A stretch of DNA of 64,000 nucleotides from Pseudomonadota bacterium (GTDB lineage: Bacteria > Myxococcota > JACRCW01 > JAFGSX01), in NCBI GenBank assembly GCA_043821645.1, contig JBDRCO010000046.1, positions 64,001 to 128,000 of the forward strand. The letters are read 5' to 3'. The notes under the pieces were generated by a model, which saw only the letters and a list, made by a program, of their open reading frames with translations, made no database searches and was not told the origin of the DNA. The translations under genes were made by a program, and so were the position numbers. Below are positions 1-9,604 of this stretch, piece by piece. The first letter of the stretch is position 1. Each line of letters begins with the position of its first letter.

Positions 1-499
1 TCGTGGTCACCGGGTGCAGGTATTGCTCGAAGCCCACGATGTTGCGGGGCGCCCGGACCGGATGCCGGATTTCCTTGAACGGCGGCGACACCGCAGCGGC
101 CTCGCGCAGCCCCGGGTCGACGGCTCCGCGGGGCAGGTACCACAGGTCAAACAGCCAGCGCCCGTCGTCATCGCGAGGGAGATCCTGCAACAGATGGTAG
201 CGCTGCATCAGCAAGCTGTCGGGGAGTGCCAGCCGTGCGGCGCCGCGGTGGCGACGGGCCTGGCGCAGAAAACCGCGCAGCGTGCGACGGGTGACGAACA
301 GATCGTCGTGCCACACCAGACAGGGCCGGGCGGCGTCGGGGATCGCGGCCAGGTCCGGCACCCGCTGCGGCTCCAGGCGCAGCCGCCGGCACACCTCGTC
401 GTGGTGGGCGGTCAGGCTCTGGCCACCGATCACGGCCTCGCGTGCGGGCTCGTCAAAGGGCGCGATGCGATGTTCGCGGGCAACCAAGAAGACCTTCAC
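1..499 (-). CDS. Hypothetical protein, 3' end runs off the window (MKVFLVAREHRIAPFDEPAREAVIGG...)
   Basis: Not in the ORF track. Manual translation from GTG at 499 is open to the window edge, with GGAG upstream and GC3-rich codons. Confidence 0.7.
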   Translation of the reverse strand, partial: MKVFLVAREHRIAPFDEPAREAVIGGQSLTAHHDEVCRRLRLEPQRVPDLAAIPDAARPCLVWHDDLFVTRRTLRGFLRQARRHRGAARLALPDSLLMQRYHLLQDLPRDDDGRWLFDLWYLPRGAVDPGLREAAAVSPPFKEIRHPVRAPRNIVGFEQYLHPVTT

Positions 500-635
500 G
501 CGAGCTCCAGGCGCCCCGGGGCGCGACAGGCGCCAGTGTACGGGCTGGTCCTCGGGGGAGCAACGGCGACCGGCACCCGCCCACGACGCATCGATCAGTT
601 CGCATCCACAGCGCCAGGGATCGTCGGGACGGAGC

Positions 636-1178
636 TCAGGAACCGGGTGTGCCGAGCCAGGGCTGGAGATCGCGCTGCAGCAGCTCCAGGTCGACGGTGC
701 TGGAGTACGTGCGCGCGATGGTGCCGTCGGGTGCCACGATGAAGGTCGTCGGAAAGCTGTTCACGCGGTAGGCCTGCTGTACCTCGTGGAAAGGCAGCAC
801 CACGGCATAGGTCAGGCCGAAGCGCTTGACCATGTCGGACACCTGGGCGGGGGTACCGGACTCCACGGCGAGGCCATAAAAATCGACGCGGTCGCCCAGC
901 AGGCGATGGGCCTTCTCCAGCTCCGGCAGCTCGGCCAGGCAGGGTGGGCACCAGGTCGCCCAGAAGTTGACCACGGCGGGACGACCCTTGAAACCCGACA
1001 GCGCCACGCGCTGTCCGTCGAGGCCCTGTCCGACCACCGGAGGCGCCGGCGTCCCCTTGGTCAGACCGCTGCCACTGTTCAGGATGGCCAGCACGAACAG
1101 GGCGATGATGCCCGCGAGTCCGACGCCACGAAGCACCGCGCGCAGGTGACCCATCCATTTCGAGCTGCCTTGTGCCAT
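636..1178 (-). CDS. TlpA/ResA-family thiol:disulfide oxidoreductase, membrane anchored
   Basis: VVNFWATWCPPC thioredoxin motif, FPTTF cis-Pro loop and an N-terminal TM helix. Start set at ATG 1178. Confidence 0.9.
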   Translation of the reverse strand: MAQGSSKWMGHLRAVLRGVGLAGIIALFVLAILNSGSGLTKGTPAPPVVGQGLDGQRVALSGFKGRPAVVNFWATWCPPCLAELPELEKAHRLLGDRVDFYGLAVESGTPAQVSDMVKRFGLTYAVVLPFHEVQQAYRVNSFPTTFIVAPDGTIARTYSSTVDLELLQRDLQPWLGTPGS

Positions 1179-1330
1179 CTGTCCACCATAGCAACGGGCG
1201 CGGACGCCTGCCACGCTGCCCGTCAGAGCCAGGCGCAGCGTGCAGGGATTCAGACCTCGCCACGTCTGGACAAGCGGGGCACTTTGGGTGATACCACGGC
1301 TGGCGCGGACACGGCGCTTTGGCAAGGCGC

Positions 1331-1939
1331 ATGGACCTCTTCGAACTCCACACACCCACCGCCCTCGACGGCGCGCTGGTGATCGGCGCCTACCTGCTGG
1401 GGGCGATTCCCTTCGGGCTGTTGCTGGCGCGCGTGCTCGCTGGTGCCGACGTCCGCGCAGCGGGATCTGGCAACATCGGGGCCACCAACGTGGCGCGCGT
1501 GGCGGGCAAGAAGCTCGGCGCCGTGACCCTGCTGCTCGACGCCATCAAGGGCCTGACACCGGTGTGGGTGGCGCGCGGGCTCGGGGTGCAGGACGGATGG
1601 CTGGGCCTGGTCGCCCTGGCTGCGGTGCTGGGGCACTGCTACCCGGTCTACCTGCGCTTTCAAGGAGGCAAGGGCGTGGCCACGGGGCTGGGTGTGTTCA
1701 TCGCCCTCAGCCCGCTGGCAGGTGGCATCGGCGCCCTGAGTTACCTGGGCATGTTCGCCGCGACCCGCACCTCGTCTCTGGGGTCCTTCGCGCTGCTCGG
1801 TGGCACCCTGATCACCTCGGCGCTGCTGGCCCCGCCCTGGTGGCCGCTGTTCTCCGTGATCGCCATCGCCGCGGTGATCCTGCTCCGACATCGAGACAAC
1901 ATCCGGCGCCTGCTGGGTGGGAAAGAACACAGTTTTTGA
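1331..1939 (+). CDS. plsY: Glycerol-3-phosphate 1-O-acyltransferase PlsY
   Basis: YLLGAIPFG, GSGNIGATN, GHCYPV..FQGGKGVAT and HRDNIRRL motifs. Confidence 0.95.
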   Translation: MDLFELHTPTALDGALVIGAYLLGAIPFGLLLARVLAGADVRAAGSGNIGATNVARVAGKKLGAVTLLLDAIKGLTPVWVARGLGVQDGWLGLVALAAVLGHCYPVYLRFQGGKGVATGLGVFIALSPLAGGIGALSYLGMFAATRTSSLGSFALLGGTLITSALLAPPWWPLFSVIAIAAVILLRHRDNIRRLLGGKEHSF

Positions 1940-2114
1940 CGCGGCAGGACCTGGCTCAAAATTGATCCCCGACGAAGCAACACATATACTTTGATCGAGG
2001 GCTGACCTCGTCGCGCGGCCGGTGTACGTGCACAGGCTGTGCGTCGGGGTGTGTTTGCCCGGTCATCGCGCCCTGCGCGGTCCCGACGGCAGCTGCTCCC
2101 GGGTGCGATGGAAC

Positions 2115-3863
2115 ATGGCCAAGCGCAAGCGCCCAAAACCTGTCCGATCCAGCCGCAGCGAGGTCAGCTCGGGGGGCAATGGACGGAGTGCGCGCGGCGC
2201 GCGGCTGTCGGATCCGGTGTGGTCCGACGGTGAGCCAGACCCGGAACAGGACGACAGCCTCGACATCGCACCGCTGGTGCCGGGTGGACGCTCGGCCCGT
2301 TCCCCGGCGGCCCCGTCCGGGGTGTGGGCCAAGCCCGGGGACGACGTGCGCCCGCGCATGCATTCCGCGGCACCGGCAGCGGCCCCTGCACCCTCGCGTC
2401 GCTCCTCGCGCGCCATCCAGGAACAGGCTCCGCCCGACGCTGTCGGGGTGTTGAGCTGCGTGGCGGGACCCGAGGAGGGCAACGACCTGATGCTGACCGA
2501 GGGCGTGTTCGGCATCGGTCGTGGCCGGGACAACCACTTCGTGCTCAAGGACATCGCGGCCAGCCGCCAGCACATCGAGCTGCGCGTGCACCAGGGCGAG
2601 GTGCTGTTGCTGGACCTCGGCTCGGGCAATGGCACCAGGCTCAATGGCCGGCGCATCCAGAAGGCGGCCCTGCGCTCGGGCGATCGCATCGAGATCGGCA
2701 ACTCGGCACTGACCTTCACGGCCTTCGGCGGTCCCCGCCACAACACCGGCGAGATCTCGGTGGTGCCACCGCGCCCGGCACCGCGGCCCTCGGACCTGTG
2801 GCCGGAGACCGAGACCCTGCTGGCCGAGCTCGAGGCCTACGAGAGGCATGCGCGACGAGGCGGTCCTGCGCCGTCGCGACCCTCTGCGGCGCCCGCGCTG
2901 CAGCGCCAGCGCGTCCCGGCCGAAGCACCGCCGTCGCGAGCGCCGGCCCGCATGCCTCCCGTCGACCAGGCGGCCCAGGGCAAGAGCCTGACCGAGATTC
3001 GAGAGGCGATCGGCGCACCCGGGCGCTTTGGTTCGGTGGGCTGGCTGCTGGGTGGTGCGGTGATCATCCTGGTGCTGCTCGGCATCGCCGGTGCCGTGGT
3101 CTACGTGACCCAGCTCAAGAACAACCGGGCCGAGCAGGCGCGCGCCCTGGTGGTGGGCGGACACCAGGCCCTGGCCGTGGCCAAGTTCGACGAGGCACGA
3201 GCGCAGTTCGAGCAGGCGATCGCCCTCGATGCCACCAACGACGAGGCCAAGAAGGGTCTCGAGATCTTGCAGCGTACGCGGCAGAGCAATGCGGCCTTCG
3301 AGCGTGCCCTGCAGCTCCTCGAAGGCAAGGACTACGACGGGGCCCGCCATGCCCTCGAGGGCGTGCTGGCGGACACGCCTCGCTTCCGCGACGTCGAGGA
3401 TGCCCGGTCCCGCATCGACAAGGCCGAGGCCAGCGAGCTGGTGGCGCAGGCGCGAACCCTGTTCAAGGGTGGCCAGCTCGCTGACGCCGAGAAGATCCTG
3501 CAAAAAGCGCTCAACATGGTCCCGGAGCACAGCGCGGGCCAGGCCCTGGCCAAGGACATCGACAAGGCGAAGAGCACACCGCTGACGCCGGTGCAGGAGA
3601 CGCCTGCAGAGAACACCCCACCCAAGGTCGAGCCCGAGCGCAAGAAGCCGCCACCGGTTCGCAAGCCGCGTCGACGACCGCGCGCCAGCTCCGCACGGAT
3701 GAGTGATAGCGAGGCCAAGGGGCTGTACCGCGACGCCCTCGAGGCCTACAAGAATGACGACCGGGATCGTGCGCGGACGCTGCTCAAGCGCATCATCAAC
3801 GGCACGTCGTCGAGCTCGCTGTACCATGAGAAGGCGCGCTCGTTCATGATCCGCAAGCTGTGA
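2115..3863 (+). CDS. FHA-domain membrane protein with a C-terminal TPR region
   Basis: FHA motifs IGRG, SRQH, DLGSGNGT and LRSGDRIEIG, then a Pro-rich linker, one TM helix and TPR-like helices. Confidence 0.85.
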   Translation: MAKRKRPKPVRSSRSEVSSGGNGRSARGARLSDPVWSDGEPDPEQDDSLDIAPLVPGGRSARSPAAPSGVWAKPGDDVRPRMHSAAPAAAPAPSRRSSRAIQEQAPPDAVGVLSCVAGPEEGNDLMLTEGVFGIGRGRDNHFVLKDIAASRQHIELRVHQGEVLLLDLGSGNGTRLNGRRIQKAALRSGDRIEIGNSALTFTAFGGPRHNTGEISVVPPRPAPRPSDLWPETETLLAELEAYERHARRGGPAPSRPSAAPALQRQRVPAEAPPSRAPARMPPVDQAAQGKSLTEIREAIGAPGRFGSVGWLLGGAVIILVLLGIAGAVVYVTQLKNNRAEQARALVVGGHQALAVAKFDEARAQFEQAIALDATNDEAKKGLEILQRTRQSNAAFERALQLLEGKDYDGARHALEGVLADTPRFRDVEDARSRIDKAEASELVAQARTLFKGGQLADAEKILQKALNMVPEHSAGQALAKDIDKAKSTPLTPVQETPAENTPPKVEPERKKPPPVRKPRRRPRASSARMSDSEAKGLYRDALEAYKNDDRDRARTLLKRIINGTSSSSLYHEKARSFMIRKL

Positions 3864-4273
3864 GTCCCAGCTCCACACCGCGTCGCAAGACGCGTTCAAA
3901 CAAGCGTCCGCGGCCCGCGGCCTGGCTCGCGCAGGCGGAGCTTGCACCCGGGAGCGCCGAGACCCGACGCGTCGAGCTGGTGGCGCTGGGTGCGCCGCGC
4001 GACCGCGACGACCTCGAGGCCCTGGTCCGCATCCTGGTCGGTCACCTCGCCTCGCCCGTGGACGATGTGCGTCCGGAGCAGGTTCCCTTCGACACCCGCT
4101 GTGGCTTTGTAGGGGACCGCTCGGGCATCTGGTCCTGGGCAGAACCCCTGGGCGATCGCAGACCGCGCTTCGTGGTGGTGGGCGACACGCTGCACGCGCT
4201 GTCCGTGGTGGACATCCTGGGCCAGGATCCCCAGGCTTGGCCGCGCCGCGAGATCGAGGCGCACCGGTCATGA
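3860..4273 (+). CDS. Hypothetical protein (137 aa)
   Basis: 4-nt overlaps with both neighbours (GTGA, ATGA) and plausible codon usage. Confidence 0.6.
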   Translation: MSPSSTPRRKTRSNKRPRPAAWLAQAELAPGSAETRRVELVALGAPRDRDDLEALVRILVGHLASPVDDVRPEQVPFDTRCGFVGDRSGIWSWAEPLGDRRPRFVVVGDTLHALSVVDILGQDPQAWPRREIEAHRS

Positions 4274-5661
4274 CTGGCGCCCACCCCAGGGACCGGTCCC
4301 CGGGCAGAGGTGCAGGTCGCCTGCACGGGCTCCTCGTCCTCGTGGTGATGGCCGCCCCGGCGTGCCGGCCGCCCCTGTCCGCCACACCCTGTGACGCCGA
4401 CACGCCCTGTCCCGCACACTACCGCTGCGAGCCGCGGTGGCAGCTGTGTGTCCCCACCACGACGGCGCCACCGACGCCACCACCACCTTCCGACTGCGGG
4501 TACATGCGTGCCATGTGGGACGACTTCACGCAGTCCGGTCCGGTCCGGCCCTGGGGGCTGACCTGTCCGTGGGGGGACGACGGTGCGCGGGTGGAGCAGG
4601 AGGTGCTGCTGTTCGATGCTCAAAGTGGCAACAACCGCGCCTATCCAACCTGTGTGTCGACCTTCGCCGCATCCCTGCGCAGCGACGCGCTGAGCATCGA
4701 GTTCATGGCCGTGCCCGCCCTGCCGGACACCGCGGTCTATTTCGGATTGCAGGACCGATCCCCGCAGCACGATCTATGGATAGAGATGGCGCTGCAGGGC
4801 GGCAATCTGCGCGCCATGGCGAGCGCGGAGCTTGGCCCCCTGCCGGCGTCAGCGGTGACTTTCGACCCCGTGGCGCATCGCCTGTGGCGCTGGCGTGAAG
4901 AAAGCGGCGTGCTGGTTGCCGAGACCTCTCCCGGCGGCGACCCGTGGACCGAGCTGGTGCGACTGCCCGCACCCGACCTCGTCGACCACGCTCATCTTCA
5001 CCTCGGCCTGTCCCCTGCCGAGGGCCAGTCCGACGGGATCATCGTCGACAACCTGAACACGGATCGCACAGCCGGGTCGTGGTGTCCGGCCTCGAGCGTG
5101 CACGACGACTTCGAGGCCTCCGAGCTGGATCCGCGCTGGCGCCTGTACCCCGAAGACCTCGCGAGCTGCCAGGGCGGCATCGTCGATGGCCAGGCCGTGC
5201 TCACGCTGCGTCCTGGCAGCGGGCCGCAGTGCGACCTGTACCGCGTCGAGGGGTATCGAATTCGCGACAGCGAGGTGCTGGTGGAGTTCCCCGAAAGACC
5301 CCCGATCAACCATCGGCTGGGGATCGAGCTGTGGGGCACCCAGGGCTACTTCGTGACCTGGGCCCTGGGCCGGGATTCGGTGGTCGCCGAGGTGGCCCAG
5401 CAATTTGGCGCCGCGATCTTCGGGCCCATCGAGACCCCCGACATCGACACGCGCTGGTTGCGCTTGCGGCAGCAGGGTGAGCAGTTGCTGTTCGAGCGGC
5501 GCAGCGCGGCCGGTGCCAGCTGGACCACCCAGCACAGCGTCCCGGTGTCACCCGCCGTCCCGCTGGACCCGCTCAGCGTGGCGCTGCAGATCACCCGCGT
5601 CACCGGCAGCACGCCAGCCTCGGGCGTGACCCTGCGCGCAGACAACCTCAACCTGCCCTGA
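4270..5661 (+). CDS. Putative lipoprotein with a Cys-rich N-terminus and two tandem beta-sandwich (concanavalin-like) domains
   Basis: Hydrophobic signal ending APAC. Duplicated motifs DDF...RPW / DDF...PRW and RLWRWRE..VLVAETS...WT / RWLRLRQ..LLFERRS...WT. Confidence 0.7.
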   Translation: MTGAHPRDRSPGRGAGRLHGLLVLVVMAAPACRPPLSATPCDADTPCPAHYRCEPRWQLCVPTTTAPPTPPPPSDCGYMRAMWDDFTQSGPVRPWGLTCPWGDDGARVEQEVLLFDAQSGNNRAYPTCVSTFAASLRSDALSIEFMAVPALPDTAVYFGLQDRSPQHDLWIEMALQGGNLRAMASAELGPLPASAVTFDPVAHRLWRWREESGVLVAETSPGGDPWTELVRLPAPDLVDHAHLHLGLSPAEGQSDGIIVDNLNTDRTAGSWCPASSVHDDFEASELDPRWRLYPEDLASCQGGIVDGQAVLTLRPGSGPQCDLYRVEGYRIRDSEVLVEFPERPPINHRLGIELWGTQGYFVTWALGRDSVVAEVAQQFGAAIFGPIETPDIDTRWLRLRQQGEQLLFERRSAAGASWTTQHSVPVSPAVPLDPLSVALQITRVTGSTPASGVTLRADNLNLP

Positions 5662-5732
5662 GCAGGGGTGGTGGCCGGATTCGCCGGTCGCGCTCTCGCG
5701 AGGGTGGCTTTGCCCACGCGTTGCGTGCCGTC

Positions 5733-5769
5733 AAAAAATGAAAAAGCCCCCGTTTCCGAGGGCTTTCTC
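5733..5769 (-). terminator. Rho-independent terminator downstream of tRNA-Ala
   Basis: Minus strand AAGCCCTCG-GAAA-CGGGGGCTT stem with a GNRA loop, followed by TTTCATTTTTT. Confidence 0.85.
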
Positions 5770-5797
5770 ATCTAGCTGGTGTCGCTAGCCTTTGTCG

Positions 5798-5873
5798 TGG
5801 TGGAGCTGAACAGGATCGAACTGTCGGCCCCCTGAATGCCATTCAGGTGCTCTCCCAGCTGAGCTACAGCCCC
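5798..5873 (-). tRNA. tRNA-Ala (anticodon GGC)
   Basis: GGGGCTGTAGCTCAGCTGGGAGAGCACCTGAATGGCATTCAGGGGGCCGACAGTTCGATCCTGTTCAGCTCCACCA: 76-nt cloverleaf, G3:U70 pair, encoded CCA. Confidence 0.97.
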
Positions 5874-5891
5874 ACAACCCTCCTCATCACC

Positions 5892-6488
5892 TCAGGTCTC
5901 ATCGTCCTCGGGGCCGCTCTCGGCGCCGGCCTCGTCCTTCTTGGTGCGCCGTCTTCGCCGTCGCCGTCGACGGGGGGCGGCGGCACCCTCGGGATCCTCT
6001 ATATCGCCGGTCGCGGCCACGGCGTCAACAGCGGAAGCACCGTCTTTGCCAGCGCCGTCCGCGGTCTCCATCTCACCCTCGGCCGCAGCGGCGGCGCGTG
6101 CCACGGGCTGACCGTCGGCATCCAGAGCCTGCGTCTGCTGCGTGGGCTCGTCATCGTGGCCGGTCTCCGGGGATCCGAGCTTGGCCAGGCGCGAGATCTC
6201 GGCCTCCTCGGTTTCGATCTGACCCAGGACCTCGTGCACGCGCTCGACCAGGCGCTGGCCCTCGGGGTTGAGCACCAGGGTGCTGGCCTGCACCTGCTCG
6301 AACACCGACTCTCCCAGGTCCTGCAGCAGCCGATCGCGCTGGCGGCGCAGAAAGGCCGTGTCGAGCTTCTTGCGCCCGACGTGCGAGTTGCGCAGGATGA
6401 CGTCCTTGATCTCGTCGAACTGGTCGACCGTGGTCTTCCACAGTTCGTTGAGGTGCTCGCGCAGATCCCGGTTGCCAACCATCGCCAT
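5892..6488 (-). CDS. Hypothetical protein: helical/coiled-coil N-terminus, acidic linker, poly-Arg tail
   Basis: 198-aa ORF with GAGG RBS and typical codon bias. Confidence 0.75.
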   Translation of the reverse strand: MAMVGNRDLREHLNELWKTTVDQFDEIKDVILRNSHVGRKKLDTAFLRRQRDRLLQDLGESVFEQVQASTLVLNPEGQRLVERVHEVLGQIETEEAEISRLAKLGSPETGHDDEPTQQTQALDADGQPVARAAAAAEGEMETADGAGKDGASAVDAVAATGDIEDPEGAAAPRRRRRRRRRTKKDEAGAESGPEDDET

Positions 6489-6635
6489 GCCTCGTCTGAG
6501 AGGATGGCGGGAGTAGCAGACGGTCTGCGGGGCGTCAACGGTTTTGGCGCGTCCTTGACAGGGCGACCGACCCCGGATAGGTCCGTCGACATCCGTCGGA
6601 GCGAGTCGACACCCGCAGGTCTGAAGGAGACCCCC

Positions 6636-7934
6636 ATGTCCCGGGCTGCTGTGCTGATGGCTCTGCTGTGGCTGGTCGCCTGTGAACGCACCCTGGCCGT
6701 GCGCACCGTGGAGCCGCCCGGCGTGCAGCCCGTGGCGGTCGAGCTACCGGCTGACGACAAGGGCGAGGTTGGATGGTACCCCGCGCTGCGCCGCGGGAGC
6801 ACCGGTACGCTGCACCTGGCCTACTGCGACAAGAGCAACGGGGATGTGCGCTACGGGCGCCGCGGCGACGATGGCGTGTTGCGACTGGAGACCGTGGCCG
6901 CCTACGGCGCGGTGGGCAAGTACATCGCCCTGGCCGTGGACGACGCGGACCAGCCGCACCTTCTGTATCACGACCAGGATACCAAGTACCTCAAGTACAC
7001 CCTGCGCCAGGCTGAGGGCTGGTTGCAGGTGCCGCGGGTCGAGGGTGAGCTGACCAGCCTGCCCGACGAGGCGGAGCGTCACGAGCGGCTGGCCTGGGGT
7101 GCCGAGGTCGGTATGGGCTCGCGCCTGCTGGTGCACCAGGGCATCGCCTATGCGCTGTACTACGCCAACCGCCGCGATGGCGGCCAGCTGTTCATGGCCG
7201 TGCGCAAGCCGCTGAGCGAGGCGCCCTTTGGCAGCGAGGGGGCCTGGCACGAGGAGGAGATCGACCGCGCCGATGGCTCGTGGTCGATCTGGACAGACCT
7301 GGTGATATCCGGTGACCAGCTGGTGGCGAGCTATCCGCACTGGAACTGGGTGGACAGCGAGCTGCGCCTGGCCCAGCGGCCCCTCGCCGGGGGGGCCTGG
7401 TCGGTGCGGGTGGCGTACCCGCTCAAGAAGATGACACCCGGCTGGATGTCGAGCCTGGTGCCGACGCCGGACCAGGGCCTGTGGATGGCCTTCACCGGGC
7501 TGCGCCGCGAGCGCATCTTCGTGGGTCCGGTCCCGGTTGACGACGACATGGTCGACACGCCGGTCCTGGGTTACTTCATCAATCGCATCCGCATGAAGCG
7601 CGCTGGCAACGGCGATTTCGTGCTGGCGGCGGCCGAGACCGGCAAGGGCAGCCTGGGGGACAGCATCCTGGCGCTGTTCCGTCGCCACGACGGGCAATGG
7701 ACGCGGTATCCCGTCGACACCCGTCGCCCCGTGGCGAGTCAGATGGACCTCGCGGTGACGCCGGAGGGCAAGGCCATCATCCTGTATTACGGGGACGGCA
7801 CCCGGGGCCTGTGGCTGTACGACGAGAGCCAGTCCACCCGCGTCGAGGACTCCCGCCCCGCTCCCGCGAGCGCGCCGTCATCCCGGCCCGCGTCACAACC
7901 GGCGTCGCAGCCGGCCTCGCGACCTAGTCGTTGA
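6636..7934 (+). CDS. Putative lipoprotein with beta-propeller-like repeats and a C-terminal PAS[R/Q] repeat tail
   Basis: AAGGAG RBS before ATG 6636, lipobox LVAC, repeated 'ALAVD...HLLY...LKY' type strands. Confidence 0.75.
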   Translation: MSRAAVLMALLWLVACERTLAVRTVEPPGVQPVAVELPADDKGEVGWYPALRRGSTGTLHLAYCDKSNGDVRYGRRGDDGVLRLETVAAYGAVGKYIALAVDDADQPHLLYHDQDTKYLKYTLRQAEGWLQVPRVEGELTSLPDEAERHERLAWGAEVGMGSRLLVHQGIAYALYYANRRDGGQLFMAVRKPLSEAPFGSEGAWHEEEIDRADGSWSIWTDLVISGDQLVASYPHWNWVDSELRLAQRPLAGGAWSVRVAYPLKKMTPGWMSSLVPTPDQGLWMAFTGLRRERIFVGPVPVDDDMVDTPVLGYFINRIRMKRAGNGDFVLAAAETGKGSLGDSILALFRRHDGQWTRYPVDTRRPVASQMDLAVTPEGKAIILYYGDGTRGLWLYDESQSTRVEDSRPAPASAPSSRPASQPASQPASRPSR

Positions 7935-8925
7935 CCACGGCGCCCTTGACCGATGGGGCTGCGCCGCTCTTGGCAGGCTTTTTCTTGGCCTTGTCCAGGG
8001 TCTCGGTGCGGGGCAGCAGGGGCACGATCTCGATCTCGGCGATGTAGGTGTCGTCTTCCTTGTCACCCAGGTAGACGCTGTCGAGCTTGATGATCAGGTT
8101 CAGGGCCTTGCGCCGCTTGAGCTTGAAGTAGCGGAACTCGGGCTTGTTCTCGAAGGCCAGCTCCTCGGTGTCGCCGGCGATGTCGATGCCGAGGTCCGAG
8201 AAGTCCAGGGCCGAGGCCTCGTCACCCACGTCGGACTCGGTCTGGATCTCCAGGGTCGCCCGGTGTACCCGGTTGGCTCGCTTGAAGGCCTTGTCGTCGG
8301 TGTTCTTGCCCGGGAACATGCCGAGCAGCCCCACGCCGATGGGTCGCGCCAGCTTGAGCGTGATGCTCTCGCCCACACCCGTGCCGCCGACACCCTCGGC
8401 CCAGGCCGTGTCCAGGTCGTTGTCGATGGCGTTGGAGGCATAGGCCGAGCCGCCCTTCATGGTCGTGGTGGCCGAGGCCTTGAGGTTGCGCAGCGCTGAG
8501 CGCTCGTGGCCATTGAACACGAACTGCTCGCCGTACTTCCACTCGAGCAGCCGCTCCTCGTCGCCCGCGGCACTGGACCGCACCAGGGTCAGCTCCAGCT
8601 GGCCTTTTTGACCCGCCAGTTCACTGGCGTAGGTGCTGTCGAAGAACACGTGAAACACCGGTCGCCAGGCTCCGCCCGTGGGCTTGAGCACCAGCAGGCC
8701 GCCCTCGGGTGTGGCACTGGAACTCGAGGTGCGGTAGGCCACCGCCACCTCGTCCACCCTGTCCTCATCGAGATCGGCGGTCACCACCGAGGTGACGCGG
8801 AAGTTCTCGGACAGGGCTCGGTATTCTGGCGTGGATTTATAGTCGTCGCTGGCCGCACGGGTGGACGCCGCCGCCAGGACGGTCATCAGCACGCTTGCGT
8901 ATCCTATGGCGTCTCGCGCACGCAT
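7924..8925 (-). CDS. Secreted protein with a C-terminal discoidin-like (NADase-type glycan-binding) domain
   Basis: Signal peptide, DLDED Ca-binding-like motif, NAIDNDLDTAWAEG..G.GESITL...NRV...DTYIAEIEI pattern. Confidence 0.7.
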   Translation of the reverse strand: MRARDAIGYASVLMTVLAAASTRAASDDYKSTPEYRALSENFRVTSVVTADLDEDRVDEVAVAYRTSSSSATPEGGLLVLKPTGGAWRPVFHVFFDSTYASELAGQKGQLELTLVRSSAAGDEERLLEWKYGEQFVFNGHERSALRNLKASATTTMKGGSAYASNAIDNDLDTAWAEGVGGTGVGESITLKLARPIGVGLLGMFPGKNTDDKAFKRANRVHRATLEIQTESDVGDEASALDFSDLGIDIAGDTEELAFENKPEFRYFKLKRRKALNLIIKLDSVYLGDKEDDTYIAEIEIVPLLPRTETLDKAKKKPAKSGAAPSVKGAVVND

Positions 8926-8952
8926 GACAAATGCGGGGCCTCCCGCGACTTC

Positions 8953-8981
8953 ACGGTACGTGAGGTGCCGCAGCGAGTCAA
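8953..8981 (-). promoter_or_regulatory. Putative sigma70 promoter for the 8925 gene
   Basis: TTGACT-N17-TACCGT. The -10 lies inside the palindrome TCACG-GTA-CGTGA. Confidence 0.5.
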
Positions 8982-8989
8982 TTTTATGC

Positions 8990-9604
8990 CTACCACCAGA
9001 CGGTGCGGGCCGATCGAGTTGTGATCATACGCACGGGTTGCAGGAACAGGTCGCGGTCACCGTAGCGGGATCGCCGCACCGCCTCGCCGGTGAGGACAGG
9101 GCGCTCCAGCCAGCAGGGAAGCAGCAGCTCGCCATCGTGCCCCAGGGGCGCAAGGAGAAGGGGATCCAGCTGCCGCAGCGCCTGGCGACACAGCCGGGCC
9201 ACCTGCTGCGCCTGGGCCCGGTGGCTCGCGTCGTGGTGGCGGTGGGCCGGGTCCAGCGCGCCTGTGCCGCGGGCGCCGATGTGCCACAGTTCGTGCACCA
9301 GGGTGCGCAGTCTGTCCTCGACGCCACCGTGGCGAAACCACGGCGGGCGCAGGGTCAGCTCGAACTGCCGACGCTGGCCGCGCACCACGACCCGCGCGGT
9401 GGCGACGCCCTCGACGAGGGAGCGGATGGAGGCCCGGGCCGGTCCGCGCGCCTGTCCGTGCACCACCAGCAGGGTCGAGGCATCGATGTGCGCCAGGGCC
9501 CCGATCTCGCGGCTCAGGCTGTCGAGGAGCTTGTCCAGGGCGGGTCCCAGCTGCGGGCGAGGATCCGGGTCTCCGAGCTGGGGTCGCGGTCGCACCGTGG
9601 CCAT
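8990..9604 (-). CDS. Putative zinc metallopeptidase (HExxH)
   Basis: RLRTLVHELWHI motif. AGGAG RBS before ATG 9604. Confidence 0.7.
   Translation of the reverse strand: MATVRPRPQLGDPDPRPQLGPALDKLLDSLSREIGALAHIDASTLLVVHGQARGPARASIRSLVEGVATARVVVRGQRRQFELTLRPPWFRHGGVEDRLRTLVHELWHIGARGTGALDPAHRHHDASHRAQAQQVARLCRQALRQLDPLLLAPLGHDGELLLPCWLERPVLTGEAVRRSRYGDRDLFLQPVRMITTRSARTVWW

Noticed and set aside
5662-5873. tRNA as the attachment site of a genomic island
   Set aside because: No integrase, no duplicate of the tRNA 3' end noticed, and no compositional shift.
7850-7930. 12-nt tandem repeats as CRISPR or VNTR
   Set aside because: Degenerate coding repeats of a PAS[R/Q] low-complexity tail, with no spacers or cas genes.
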